39,717 nucleotides of DNA from Octopus bimaculoides. Taxonomy: Eukaryota. The notes under the pieces are model-generated. The model did no database searches. It was not told where the DNA came from and saw nothing but the letters and a program-made list of their open reading frames with translations. The stretch is from positions 30,670,441 through 30,710,157 of the forward strand of contig NC_068995.1 of NCBI RefSeq assembly GCF_001194135.2, in the 5' to 3' direction. Shown here in pieces: positions 23,613 to 35,300 of this stretch. Within the stretch, counting starts at the first letter, position 1. Each line of letters opens with the position of its first letter. The position numbers were made by a program, and so were the translations under genes.

Positions 23613-23745
23613 TAATATAATCGCACACAACACACAAAAACCACAATATGAAGCCAACTGTTCATGCAGAGATAAAAATTTGTGCCCGCTAAATGGAGAT
23701 TGCATGTCCGAAAACATCATTTATGAGGCCACCGTGGACTCTATA
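23613..23745 (+). mobile_element. Inverted Penelope-like segment (Cys-rich linker and start of GIY-YIG region)
   Basis: Plus-strand IIAHNTQKPQYEANCSCRDKNLCPLNGDCMSENIIYEATV. The first ~33 nt are an inverted copy of 22677-22709. Confidence 0.8.
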
Positions 23746-23990
23746 CACCCTGCTGTACTCTTTCACCACAACTTTCTCTCACTCTTTCTTCCTGTTTCTG
23801 TTGTGCCTGTATTTCGAAGGGTCAGCCTTGTCACATTCTGTGTCACGCTGAATCTCCCCGAGAACTACGTTAAGGGTACACGTGTCTGTGGGTGCTCAGC
23901 CACTTGCACGTTAATTTCACGAGCAGGCTGTTCCGTTGATCGGATCAACTGGAACCCTCGTCGTCGTAACCGACGGAGTGCCACGATATA
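23745..23990 (+). mobile_element. SINE 3' body (same family as 7905-8108)
   Basis: cagccttgtcacattctgtgtcacgctg…cacgttaatttcacgagcagg. Confidence 0.6.
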
Positions 23991-24248
23991 AGAATTGAAA
24001 ACAAGCATAACCTTAATATAAGTTTCGAATTTTGGCACAAGGCCAGCAAGTTCGGGGGAGCGGGTAAGTCAATTACATCGACCCCAGGTTTCAACTTACT
24101 TTATCGGGATCTTTTCNNNNNNNNNNNNNNNNNNNNNNNNNNNNNNNNNNNNNNNNNNNNNNNNNNNNNNNNNNNNNNNNNNNNNNNNNNNNNNNNNNNN
24201 NNNNNNNNNNNNNNNNNNNNNNNNNNNNNNNNNNNNNNNNNNNNNNNN

Positions 24249-25028
24249 TTGTAACTAAACACTTTCAAACTTCGGACACTGGTAGAATGTGTCATATAAA
24301 ACATCTTTTACTCTTAGTGTTGTTGAGAAAAGTTTCTATTTTAAAAGTTATTTCGTGTTAAAGTAGTCGTATTTCGGTAATTTCAACCAATCAATGACGT
24401 GTATTCAGCTGAATAAAATTACTGCTGTTGTTTGTCAACAACTATCGGCGGTGTATACTTCGTTTGTCACTGTTATTTATGACATCGTTCGTGCATTTGT
24501 ACTGGTTTTAGCTTTAGTGTTTTAGGGCTAGGGTTAGAATTTTAGGGTTAGGGTTAGGGTTTTAGGGTTAGGGTTGGGGTTTTAGGGTTAGGGTTGGGGT
24601 TTTAGGGTTATAGTTACAGAAAAAGGGAAAAATGAAGAAATTGGATGGGGAGGGGTTCAAAAAAGTATTTCCGAAAATAGTAGCTGAAAAACAGGAAAGA
24701 AAAAACTAAAAGCAGTAGAAATGGTGCTATGAAGTAAACATGCTTCAGATACACTCATTTATTCATACAAACGTAACTGAGATGAAATATGTCATAAATA
24801 ACAGTGACAAACGAAATATACACCGCCGGAAGTTGTTGTTGACAAACAACGGCAGTAATTTTATTCAGCTGAATACACGTCATTGATTGGTTGAAATTAC
24901 CGAAATACGACAACTTTAACACGAACTAACTTTTAAAATAGAAACTTTTCTCAACAACACTAAGAGTAAAAGATGTTTTATATGACACATTCTACCAGTG
25001 TCCGAAGTTTGAAAGTGTTTAGTTACAA
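24249..25028. mobile_element. Fold-back / MITE-like element, copy 2: ~235-bp near-perfect inverted arms around (TTAGGG)n
   Basis: Arms 24249-24484 and 24790-25028 differ at only a handful of positions. TTAGGG/TTTTAGGG tract at about 24521-24610; the left end abuts an N gap. Confidence 0.9.
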
Positions 25029-25070
25029 AAAATTAATTTCTCGATGTGCCGTTCAAAGGGAAATAATCCT

Positions 25071-25198
25071 TTACCGACCCTTAAAGGATGACAGGTAAAG
25101 TCGCCCTCGGTGGAATTTGAACTCAGAACGCAAAGACGGACGAAATGCCGTTAAATGTTTTGCCAGGCGTGCTAACGATTCTGCCAGCTCTCCGCCTC
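25071..25198 (-). mobile_element. SINE 5' half (35301 family)
   Basis: ggaatttgaactcagaacg…gctaacgattctgccagctctccgcct is the reverse complement of the 35301 head. Confidence 0.75.
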
Positions 25199-25278
25199 AA
25201 ACATAATTATAATATGGACTATAGAAACCTTGTTAACGGCAAAATACAAACCTAAAATCAACTCACAGTGGAAAAATA

Positions 25279-26150
25279 TTGGATTGTCAGATAAATTCTT
25301 TCTAATGTTATTTGAATTAACACGGAAAATATTTTTATCGTAGTATTTTTTTGTTTTTATTTTTGTAACTATATTCTTCCTTTTCAACTTTTGTTTAACA
25401 TTTTTGAAATTTGAATAAATTTTACTTCTTTAGACATATGACGATATAGTGTCGATCAAGGTTCCAAAACTGCCAAAGCCTTTCGATATTTTTGCGTTGT
25501 GTTCGGAGAAGGCATTATTACTGAAAATACTGCGCAGAAATTATTCTCATGCTTCAAGGGGAGGGGTATTCGACCTCACAGATTCTCCAGATTCAGGCCA
25601 GCCTATTCAGTTCAATGAGGATCAACGGAATGAGCTCATCCACTTGGGTCTGCGTCAATTCACAAGGGAATTGGTCCAGCAGATTAGATGCTTTCATGAT
25701 CCCATCGCCTGTTAACTTTCACTCGATGGGCAATCCAGCCGAAACGACCCGACCGGCGATACGGCGTGCTTTTTCAACACAATATTCGTCACATGTCACC
25801 AATTTGACCAGATGTGCTATTCAAGAGCTCATTTAGGAAGTTCTACTGTACCTATTGTATTCTCTCGATATAATCCTTCAAATTATAACTTTTTTCGTTC
25901 ACTCTCCAACAGTGTGCGAAGGGTTTCGTTTAACAATGACATGGAGCTGAAAATGTGACTCGATAAATTCTTCGAGACAAGACCCCGTGATTTCTGCCTT
26001 CAAGGCATTGACAAACTAGTGGAACGTTGGCAAGAAGTAGTGAACTATGATGAAGAATATATTATTGGCTGATTTGCTAAAACTATTGATGAAAGATAAA
26101 GATTAAAATAGATGGGGGAAAAAAACGAACAAATTTATCTGACAATCCAG
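25279..26150 (+). mobile_element. Internally deleted mariner element with intact TIRs and TA target-site duplication
   Basis: TA|TTGGATTGTCAGATAAATT … AATTTATCTGACAATCCAG|TA. Transposase relics QGSKTAKAF, FDLTDSPDSGQP and GIDKLVERWQEVVN, with stops and frameshifts. Confidence 0.9.
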
Positions 26151-26593
26151 TATGAAAGTAACTTAGAATTTCTAGATTAAAAAATATAATATAACATTTT
26201 TAAAAATTCATGCAAATACTGCGCTGTATTGAAAGAGGTTCACTTCTTACTCTTGTGATTAATGAAACATGATAAACAAACGCATTCTGATTTTTTTTTT
26301 TTTTTAACTTTAAAATACAGTTTTGTTTGTTAAGTTTCCATGCGAAATGAGCCAGTGATTTTTGTTTGATCTCCAGAGGACCATTAAATCAAAATGGTAG
26401 GAGACCTTTGAGTTAAACGTTAAACAATTTCACTGCCGAAGCTTCAAACTAGCGAAACGACTTCTCGATAAGCACACAGCCAGCCATGAGTGGAAAGGAA
26501 TAAAATGAAATGTTTATAATGTTTGATGTCATTTGGGAAGGTTACAATATTTTTGATAAATAAAGAAATGCAATGAATTGTGACAGAACCTAC

Positions 26594-26712
26594 TTGAACA
26601 AGGAACTTCAAAGTGAGCGACGAATGGTTCACGAGAGAAAAGATCGTTTTTATTTTCTTCTTTGCCGTCATTGTACGTATAATTATTTAACAATTTGATG
26701 TTTTCATTTATT
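26594..26712 (-). CDS. DNASE1-like: DNase I-like exon: INENIKLLNNYTYNDGKEENKNDLFSREPFVAHFEVPCS(K)
   Basis: Acceptor tttttccag and donor GTAGGT; 119 nt, phase 2 to 1. Carries the DxFxREP motif. Confidence 0.94.
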
Positions 26713-26973
26713 CTGGAAAAAAGATGAAAGAAGAAATCTTTCTAAAAGATTTATTTTAGATCTGTGAGCATGGAAACATCGAAACGGATGTGTTGAAGAA
26801 TGTAGTATTTGCTGTTTAATCCCAGACCTATTATGAAAGACATTCTAACCATGACCATCCCGTCTTTTTTTTTGGGGGGGGGATATAGTGTATCCAGGAA
26901 GACATTATCCAGTGGTTCCCTTTTTTAAGATGGTGGATTTTCTTTTGAAGGAAATTTAGTTGCTATTTCTAGC

Positions 26974-27145
26974 AAGTCCAGTCACAACTGGAACATCTTT
27001 AATCATAAGTCTACTTAGTGTCAGCTAGGCACTGGTTAATTAGTATATTCTTTTTAACTATTGTGTTTGTTGTGTTTTACCTATACGTCTTTCTGTACTG
27101 TTGACAAATGAAATATAAGCCAAGCAGAGTACGATTAGAAGTTAA
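26974..27145 (+). repeat. 172-bp direct repeat, copy 1 (copy 2 at 29045-29216)
   Basis: Same length as copy 2 and only about 3 substitutions by eye. Confidence 0.92.
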
Positions 27146-27891
27146 CATACACGTTCGCTTGTTGGCCAACAATGAAGTATTTGATTTTAACAACTCCACG
27201 TTTTGAATCTAAATTTTACCAAAGTGGATTTTGTCATCATCATTTAATTGGGATCGATATCAGTTATTATCATCTGAACCCTTTATACCTACTCTTCACT
27301 GTACAAATTTTAGCTCTTCTTTGTAGAAGAATAGTAGAAGGAAGTAAAGTACTTTGGGCTCTTTTTCAGTGACCCCTTGACTGGTGAAAGGGGAGAGAGT
27401 TATCCTCATACTTAGTCAGAATGCTTCCGACAGAGTGGACTCCACTACAGGTAACCACAGACTAGAAGGTGGAGTTAAGCCGAGCTACGAATTACGTCGG
27501 CCACCAAAAACTAGAATGGTTGTACCGACTGATTTTCAAACAGTCTCTATCGACTAAATTCTACTTGAAAGGTTTTGTTCAATCTAAGGCCATGGTAGAA
27601 GACGATCCAGAAAACCTGTAATCGTGACGTGAAATTCTCAACCACACAGCATACCACAGCAAATTTTTCATTCCACTGGAATATTTTTTCTTAATTCTTA
27701 TTTACTAAAGTATCGGCCTTTTAACAGAACTCCGCCTTCATATCTTTTGATCTGATGGCTGATGGCCATGAAGTCATCGTGTTGAAATATCTGAAAAACT
27801 GGGTCTGGAGCCAATAGAAAAAGCAGCAGTTTGCGACACGACTAAAATATACAGACGTTTGATATTTAAGGACAGTCAACTATAAAAATGA

Positions 27892-28687
27892 TGTGTAGTG
27901 AAACCACCTCTCTCGCGGTTATTTATTTTACAAATGCGAGCGTAGCAGGGAACAACTCTTTCCCGCCTTACTGTGTCATCACCTGACTGACTTTTATTTT
28001 CGCGGCATTTGCCTCCAGTCCGTTCGCGCCAGGACGCAAACCGACCAACCGTAGCCACTAATAAGGTCACGTGAGAGAGTGTTTTTATGATGTTCTCTGG
28101 AGCCTCCTTGTACTTATAAATAGCCTAAATTATCCGCGCCAGTTCGTCGCGGTTTCAGGTCGGCTAAGATCTGGTTGTTGACCACACACGTAACACAACC
28201 AGCCAGTTTCCAGTGACGACATCAGCAGCATCGTTCAACTTCCCCGGCGTCAACACGATTCTACGTACACAAGCTTCCAAACAGCCACCGCAGCTTCTCA
28301 ACCCTGTTTGTGTGATTTGCTCACCACGAAATTAACAACCCGAACTCAACCTGCGAAGAACATCTGTATCAAGAATCCGGCCCGACATCGAAGCCTCAAC
28401 TACTTAGCTCTGCCTTAACCATAACCTCTTATATACAGACCTACAAATCTACTGTGTACCTTAACAGAACTGGTATCTTATTATCCTGTGTTACAGACTC
28501 TTTCTATGCTTTGTATCTCTTGCATTCACACACATGTATTTGTATACACACTCTTTTGTTTACATTATGTCGCATTCACTCACACACAGACATACAGTTT
28601 AATGCTCCAATAAATCTTACTGTTATTCATCTTTATCAGTTGCGTTTCTATCTGTTTCCCTGCTGGCAAACTTCTTCGCATTTCACA
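27892..28687 (+). mobile_element. Probable solo LTR (~800 bp)
   Basis: CpG-rich block with TGTG…CACA ends, tataaatag near 28115 and aataaa near 28608; no target-site duplication discernible. Confidence 0.55.
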
Positions 28688-29044
28688 TGCGAATTCTCTA
28701 TGTTATAGTATTATGACATATATCTTTATATTTTGTGTCGAGCATGTGACGTGTTAAAAAAGGAGCTTGTTTTCCATTCGTCACCATTTCTCCTTTGGTT
28801 CGCACGGTCGTTTCTACAGATGTTTGCCCTCAGAAACACGAAGAACTATACGTATTTCAGCATTTTGGAATCTTTCTCATCAATCATGGTAAATACATGC
28901 TCTCTTGAGCCAACGAGACAGCCTCTACGTAGTTGTCTGACGTTCTAGAAATAACAACCAAATAGCTCTTAAATCTCATCTGCAATAAAGAACAACAAAT
29001 TGAATAATGTAGTCCTAGATACGCTGTGTCTAAAACAAGTACAA

Positions 29045-29216
29045 AAGTCCAGTCACAACTGGAACATCTTTAATCATAAGTCTACTTAGTGTCAGCTAGG
29101 CACTGGTTAATTAGTATATTCTTTTTAATTACTGTGTTTGTTGTGTTTTACCTATACGTCTTTCTGGACTGTTGACAAATGAAATATAAGCCAAGCAGAG
29201 TACGATTAGAAGTTAA
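29045..29216 (+). repeat. 172-bp direct repeat, copy 2
   Basis: aagtccagtcacaactgg…gattagaagttaa matches 26974-27145. Confidence 0.92.
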
Positions 29217-30613
29217 TTGGTAAATTTATGCCAAGACCATTAGTTAACAGGTAAATTAACACTGAGACCATTAAATATTCCATTGGAAATAACTGTTCAT
29301 TTGAGAAGAAAAACAACATTAATCATTGACTAATGTTATTTTAATTATTCCGGCAAGCAGGGGAGACAACTCCGTGTCTGTTTTGATTTCATTAGACTTC
29401 CTTGGCGGAGCACAGCTTCACATCTATATACTTGTTGCAGTAAGGATGACAGGATTACTAGCTACAAGTACAATATTGTACTCTAATAGACGTAAAATAT
29501 TAACATATTTTAGAGAATATATTACTGAAACATTAGCATATTTTACAAAACAAAATTCTAAAGTAACATATTTTAGGGAATCAATTATTGAAGCATTACG
29601 TATTTTACGGAATAAATTACAGAAGCGTTGACATATTTTTAAGGAAAATTTTAGTGGAAAAACAGTTACTCAGGACCACCATCTGCCTGAAAAACAAGTT
29701 TAATTTTGAATTTGGTTGAGGCAGCAAATGTTTTCGTTTCTATGGGAAAAGGAAGATATAGTTACTGATAAAAGTGGCAATTTTGTAAACCATTGAGTAG
29801 GGAAGAAGTTGTCTCAAATATTGATTTACATCGGTGAAATGACAAAGAACCAAGATGTCTGAACAGGTACAGAAATGGGACATGTTACGTGCCTTTGACA
29901 CGAACAGTAGTCGCCTTAGAGGGATAGGAACCAGAAACCTTTTAAATGATAGGCCAACAATCTAACCACACAGCCTCTCGAGATTTGATGAGGCTCCTAT
30001 ATTTCTTCAGGCTGTAAGAGATGTGATGTTACAGCCTTCATACCCTTACCAAGCACATTATCAATATTTGCCAAGTGAAATATCTTCCACAAAGAATCGA
30101 GCTTTACATAATTCTTAATCTACCACAATGACCCCAGTGATAAAATTATATTGATCTGTTACATTGTGACAAAGCCACCAATTTTATGGGCGTAGTGGGG
30201 TGGAAACACTTACGGTATACAACTACAAAGAGTACCTTATGTGGGTCGCTCAGTTTGATAGATATTAGCCAAATCTCTCTCAAATCGCACACTATCGTCA
30301 TAAACAAAACAGGAGGCCTTGGGCAATGAAGTCCTAGATATATAATATCTAGAAATAAAAAGACTGGATGGCCATAAGTGGGACTCTTTTGATCTAGGAC
30401 AAACCTAGAGTTATGTAACAGTATTGCTATTCTTTGATACTGATCCCTAAAAACGGCAAAGGCGATTCCAGTGAGATTTTATTTAAGTCAGAACGTTTAG
30501 AAAAGAAAGTAAATAAAGATACATTTGCTGTTCCCATCACCTCCTTCTGTGTCATTTAAGGCTTTTAAGAAAAGTATGAAAGTCACAATAACCCATTTCT
30601 TATCCACATAGCA

Positions 30614-31356
30614 TTGGACCACGATGTCAGCAAAAATGAGGATCCTTTCTGTGGCGAGGGAGATGTTATCGCCTGGAGCCGGAAGATCAAGGTGGTGGCC
30701 AGGCAGCAAAGCATTGAAGATGTAGTAGGTCACATGGCTCTGTATCTGGAAGGAAACGCGTTGATGCTGTATCTCGAAATGGACGAAACAGTCCAACTGG
30801 ATGCGAAAATTGAGCAGCACTTAAAGGAAGACTTTACAAAAGTATCGTAGGCTGCGTTCGCCAAGCTAGGAAAGGTCAGGTGGACATGTATGCAGCAGAA
30901 ATTCGGAGACTAGCCATCCTCTCTGGTTTTACCGGAGAAGGACTAGAAAAGGCGATACGGTTGGCTTTCGTAAATAGTTTCTCTAACGACATATCGGCAC
31001 GGCTGCAACAACTACCAGGCAGCGAGAAAAGGGCGATGAGAAAACTCGTCGTTCAAGCCCGTGTGTCGACGCAAAATACCGGGTGGAATGCGATGGCAAT
31101 GGCAGCTACGGAAGCCCGCGGCGTCATGCGACGATCGACGAAGAATAAGAGAAAAGCTACCGTAGAACGGCAGCGGCCGTTTGTGAGCCGGTGTTTCAAG
31201 TGCCAGAGACCGCATATGGCAAGAGACTGTGAGGAGACGAAGCCCGAACCCATTTATTACTGGTACAAGCGGACGGGGCATATCGTTCTAAACTGCAGCC
31301 AGGGAAAATGCCGCGGAGAAGTTGCTGCCTCTCAAACTTCCCCCGTGATCAACTAG
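30614..31356 (+). pseudogene. Gypsy gag relic
   Basis: ORFs 30614..30850 and 30880..31356 are separated by a stop and a frameshift; one recognisable and one degenerate zinc knuckle. Confidence 0.8.
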
Positions 31357-31359
31357 AGG

Positions 31360-33975
31360 CTCTCGTGCAGTCGCTGCCAATAGTTGAAGTCCTGGTTGGA
31401 GGAAAGGCGTTCAAAGCCCTCGTGGATACAAGCCGTACAACGTCTCTTGTGACCCCAAGGGTGACAAAAATGTGGAAGGGATGATTAGTGTTAGGGTGGT
31501 CGATGGCAGCGAAATTGGATGTAAGAGTAGTAGTGGAGTGGAGTTGGCGATGCGGGGAACAACACTAAGGCTGCGGGTAATTGTGATCGACCATGTGGTA
31601 GATGGGCATGGACGCGATCAACTGCCTAGAAGATGTCATTGTTAATGGAGACATGGTCTCATTTGGTGGCACATGAGGCATCATACTGAGAGTCTGCAAC
31701 AAGAGAGTGGACAGAGTCCCGGGGAGGATTATACTGCTAGCACCATTGAAGATAAAGGTTTTCAGGCGGTGTTCGACGGTCAGCGGTGGACGGTTGAGTG
31801 GCGCTGGAAAGGGAAGCCCCCGACGCTGAGGAACAGGCTTAGCTGTAATCAACATACCTTGAAAGGAGATGCCAGGAGCGAGTTTGAAGGAGAGGTAGAG
31901 AAATGGATCCCATGGAAAGAGGAAGTGAAGAGCGGAATGTCGCCACTAATGGCAGTGGTGGAGCCAACGAAGGGCAAGGTCAGGCCAGTACTAAACCTTT
32001 GAGAGCTGAATGGCCATGTATCATGCCACACAGGCGGAGAAGTGACTGATGTCTGCGGAAAGACGTTGCGAGAATGGAGACGGATGACGAAAGCAGAAAC
32101 AATTGTCGACTTGAAGTCGGCATATCTGCAGCTCCGCGTGAACGAAAAATTGTGGAAGTATCAGCTGGTAAGACATAAGGGCCAGACATACTGTTTGACT
32201 AGGCTGGGTTTCGGATTGAATTCTGCACCAAAGATCATAGCAACAGTGCTCAAATCTATCCTGGGAAAGATGGACAAGGTAAAAAAAAAAGGCTACCAAT
32301 TCCTATATGGACGACATCTTGGTAGACGAGACTGTAGTGTCTGCTGCAAAAGTCATAGTTCACCTATAGAAGTTCGGGTTGGCTGCGAAACCACCGGAGC
32401 CAATGGTTGGAGGAGCTGCACTGGGGCTCAAGCTTTAAAGAGACTAAACAGGTGTGTTGGGGTTTCAGAGAGGAAATTAGATTCCGGAACTGGGCACCAT
32501 CGTCAACAGATGAGAACTATTCTCGATGTGTGGGAGACTAGTGGGTCACTATCCAATCGCGGAGTAGCTTCGAACAACATGCAGCTACGCCAAGAGACGA
32601 GCAGATGGGACAAGCTCGGATAACAAAGCTGGAGAGAGAACGGTGGCGATGATGCAGGAGATCCTAAAGAGGACAAGAGCAGAAAACTCAGTAAGAGGAA
32701 GCTGGTCTGTGCCCAAATTGAAGAACGGGACCACATGGTACGATGTCAGCAGCATAGCGATAGGGATTGTCCAGGAAATCGGGGATGTCGAAGTGGAGGA
32801 CGCAGTCTGGTTCTAAAAAGCCCCCTGAGATGGGGGCTGCGCTGTGTCGAAATCCGAACTGATTCGGCTACTGTGCTTGGTTGGGTAGGATCAGTGATCA
32901 CCGATGAAAAGAGGGTTCGAACGAAAGGAGCAGCAGAGATGTTAGTAAAGCGCCACCAAGAGCTTCTGGGAGAGCTAGCTGTCGAATTTGGTTTGAAGCT
33001 AAGCATGGTTTTTGTGTCCTCAGAAAGGAATAAGGCAGACGTTCTGACCAGGATGAAAAAGTCCTGATTGGCGAGGAATAGCAGCAGTGTGTCGGCTAGA
33101 TGACTCAGAACAAAGGAGACTGCATACAATGCATCATATGGGCGTGTATAGAATTCTGTGTCTTGCCAGAAAGATTGACTCCGACGTTACTCGGCAGAGC
33201 ATTCAAAAGGTAGTTAGGAGCTGTGATGAGTATTAATCTATCGACCCTGTTCCAGATATGCACGTGCTGGGAAACATCTCAGTAGAGCACAACTGGAAAA
33301 GTTTGACAATGGATGTGACACACTACCGGCAGGGGACATATCTCTCGCTGGTCGACTGCAGACTAGGTTGGATGGCGATATGGAGGGAAATTAAGACGGG
33401 CACTGCAGATGAGGTTGCTGAACGAGATATTCCTGGAGCGAGGTCTTGTGGACGAATTACTGATGGACAACGGCACTGCACTTCTTTCGAAGATGCTGAA
33501 GAAGATGTTTGATAAGTGGAACGTGCACCGCTTCTTCAGACCGGAATACTGGCCAAGTGGAAATGGATCCATGGAAAGACATCATCGCACAATCAAGACC
33601 ATAGCGGAGAGGGAATGCATCTCACCAGTGGAAGCGGTATTTTGGTACAATGTATCACCTCGATCAGGACAGGCTGAGGAGCCTGTGTCATGCAGAGCAA
33701 TATTCAGGTATGAAAGGCAGCATCCGAGTGCATCACAACACGCTGTGGAAAAGAGAGAGCCTGCCTTCGTGCAGGTAGGAGAGGAAGTCTGGATCAAGCC
33801 CCCGAAGACACGTTGCACATCTCAGTGGAACAGAGGGACAGTGACGGCTGTTAATTCCAAAAATAATGTCTCTGTAGATGGAATGCCGCGTCATGTCTTG
33901 GATGTTCGCAGAATTGTCGCTTCGTCGGACGACGAAGGCGGAGGAGAAGAAGCGAGCGGTGCTCCAGCTTTGTAG
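31360..33975 (+). pseudogene. Gypsy pol relic (PR-RT-RH-IN)
   Basis: Motifs are spread over ORFs 31673..32002, 32042..32623, 32735..33067, 33258..33512 and 33409..33975. Confidence 0.88.
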
Positions 33976-34069
33976 AGATCACAGCGAGTGAGACGTCCGC
34001 CCGGGTCGATGGCAGATTTCAACATGGAGTAAAGTGAGGAGGTGATCTCTGAGATCAGGTGGGGGGGCG

Positions 34070-34352
34070 TGTGGGGATGAGGTGAACCGGGAGGAAAGGA
34101 TCAATGACGTCATTGGTTGAGGGGCCCTGCCAGAAGAGGAAGAATGAGTGAGATTAAATGAGCGGAAGTAGGACCAACGTGGGCCTCTTTGGCCTCGGGC
34201 AGTGGGAGAGGACGGACACGTGTAGACGTACGATCCAGAAAGAGAATTTGCCGAATGTTCTAGTGATAGGTTAGATAGGTACGGGGCATCTCAGATTTAA
34301 CCCAGTTGGACAGTCGATACCGAAAGAGAACCTGAGAGGTAGGTGAATCACA
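34070..34352 (+). repeat. 3' LTR of the Gypsy element (283 bp), preceded by a polypurine tract
   Basis: PPT aggtgggggggcg at 34057-34069; termini TGTG…CACA. Confidence 0.8.
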
Positions 34353-34374
34353 CTTTGTTCCTCATATTACATCG

Positions 34375-34583
34375 ACATAAGATTTTGTTGTTAAAATATA
34401 TGTCCAATAAACTCGTAACACTTCTACAATACACGAATATTTTTAGCAATTCTTTTATACAATTCCTAATAATATTTAATTATAAAAGTATGATAGGATT
34501 TTTTAAACATCGAATATGTGGGTCCATCCGAGTAAAATGGGAATTAAAGGGGTCCATAAATAAAAAATGGTTGAGAAACACTG
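34375..34583. mobile_element. hAT-like MITE family, copy 3 (3' part), next to the Gypsy LTR
   Basis: Ends ggggtccat…ggttgagaaacactg, the complement of a CAGTGxTTCTCAAC-type TIR. Confidence 0.6.
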
Positions 34584-35156
34584 CTTTAGACAATAGGTGT
34601 TTAAAATCCCAATTCATTTCATGGTGCTCTCTGGAGGAACGTTAAACCATTTCTAGTTATTTGGCTACAACCAGTAACGTATGTCACAAGAGAGACCACT
34701 CTGGAAGTCCTCGCTTCCTTGTAGAAAATCAGTATCAAAACATGAACTGATTACATGCGACGCTGGCCAAGCAGGAACAAAATATTGCAGAAAGGTGAAA
34801 ACAGCTGTACAAACACGTGTATGTGTGTATATGTATGTATGAATGTATATATATGTTGCATATATACACAAGTTTATTTATGTGTATATTTAAATATGGG
34901 TATATATAGTATATTCACATTGTGCGTGTGAGTGTTTGTGTGTCTGTGTCTGTGTATGTGTGTGTATGACGGGCATCCACACACTTTCCATTTACCATTC
35001 ACAGGATATTGATTGCCCCGATACCACAGTAGAAGACACTAGCCTCAGTGAGATTGAACCTAGAACTATGTGGTTGCGAAATAAACTTTTTAACCAGAGT
35101 TATGTTTAAATTCAATATTAAAGACATTTTACATTGGAGAAAAGAACACCAACGAT

Positions 35157-35187
<31 letters not shown>

Positions 35188-35300
35188 CCACAAACGGTAT
35201 TTGAGGAGATATTTGGTAATTTAATAAAACAACTCTAGCAAAAACCAAATGTACTTTCATAAACATTTGTGCGCATATTCTTGATAATATTCTAATTACT

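Larger units (their letters stand above)
30614..34352 (+). mobile_element. Ty3/Gypsy LTR retrotransposon, decayed, 5' LTR missing
   Basis: Order is gag (CFKCQRPHMARDC knuckle), protease (ALVDTS), RT (IVDLKSAYLQ, GFGLNSAP, YMDD), RNase H (IRTDSATV), integrase (LLMDNG, GNGSMERHHRTIK), PPT and LTR. Multiple stops and frameshifts. Confidence 0.93.
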
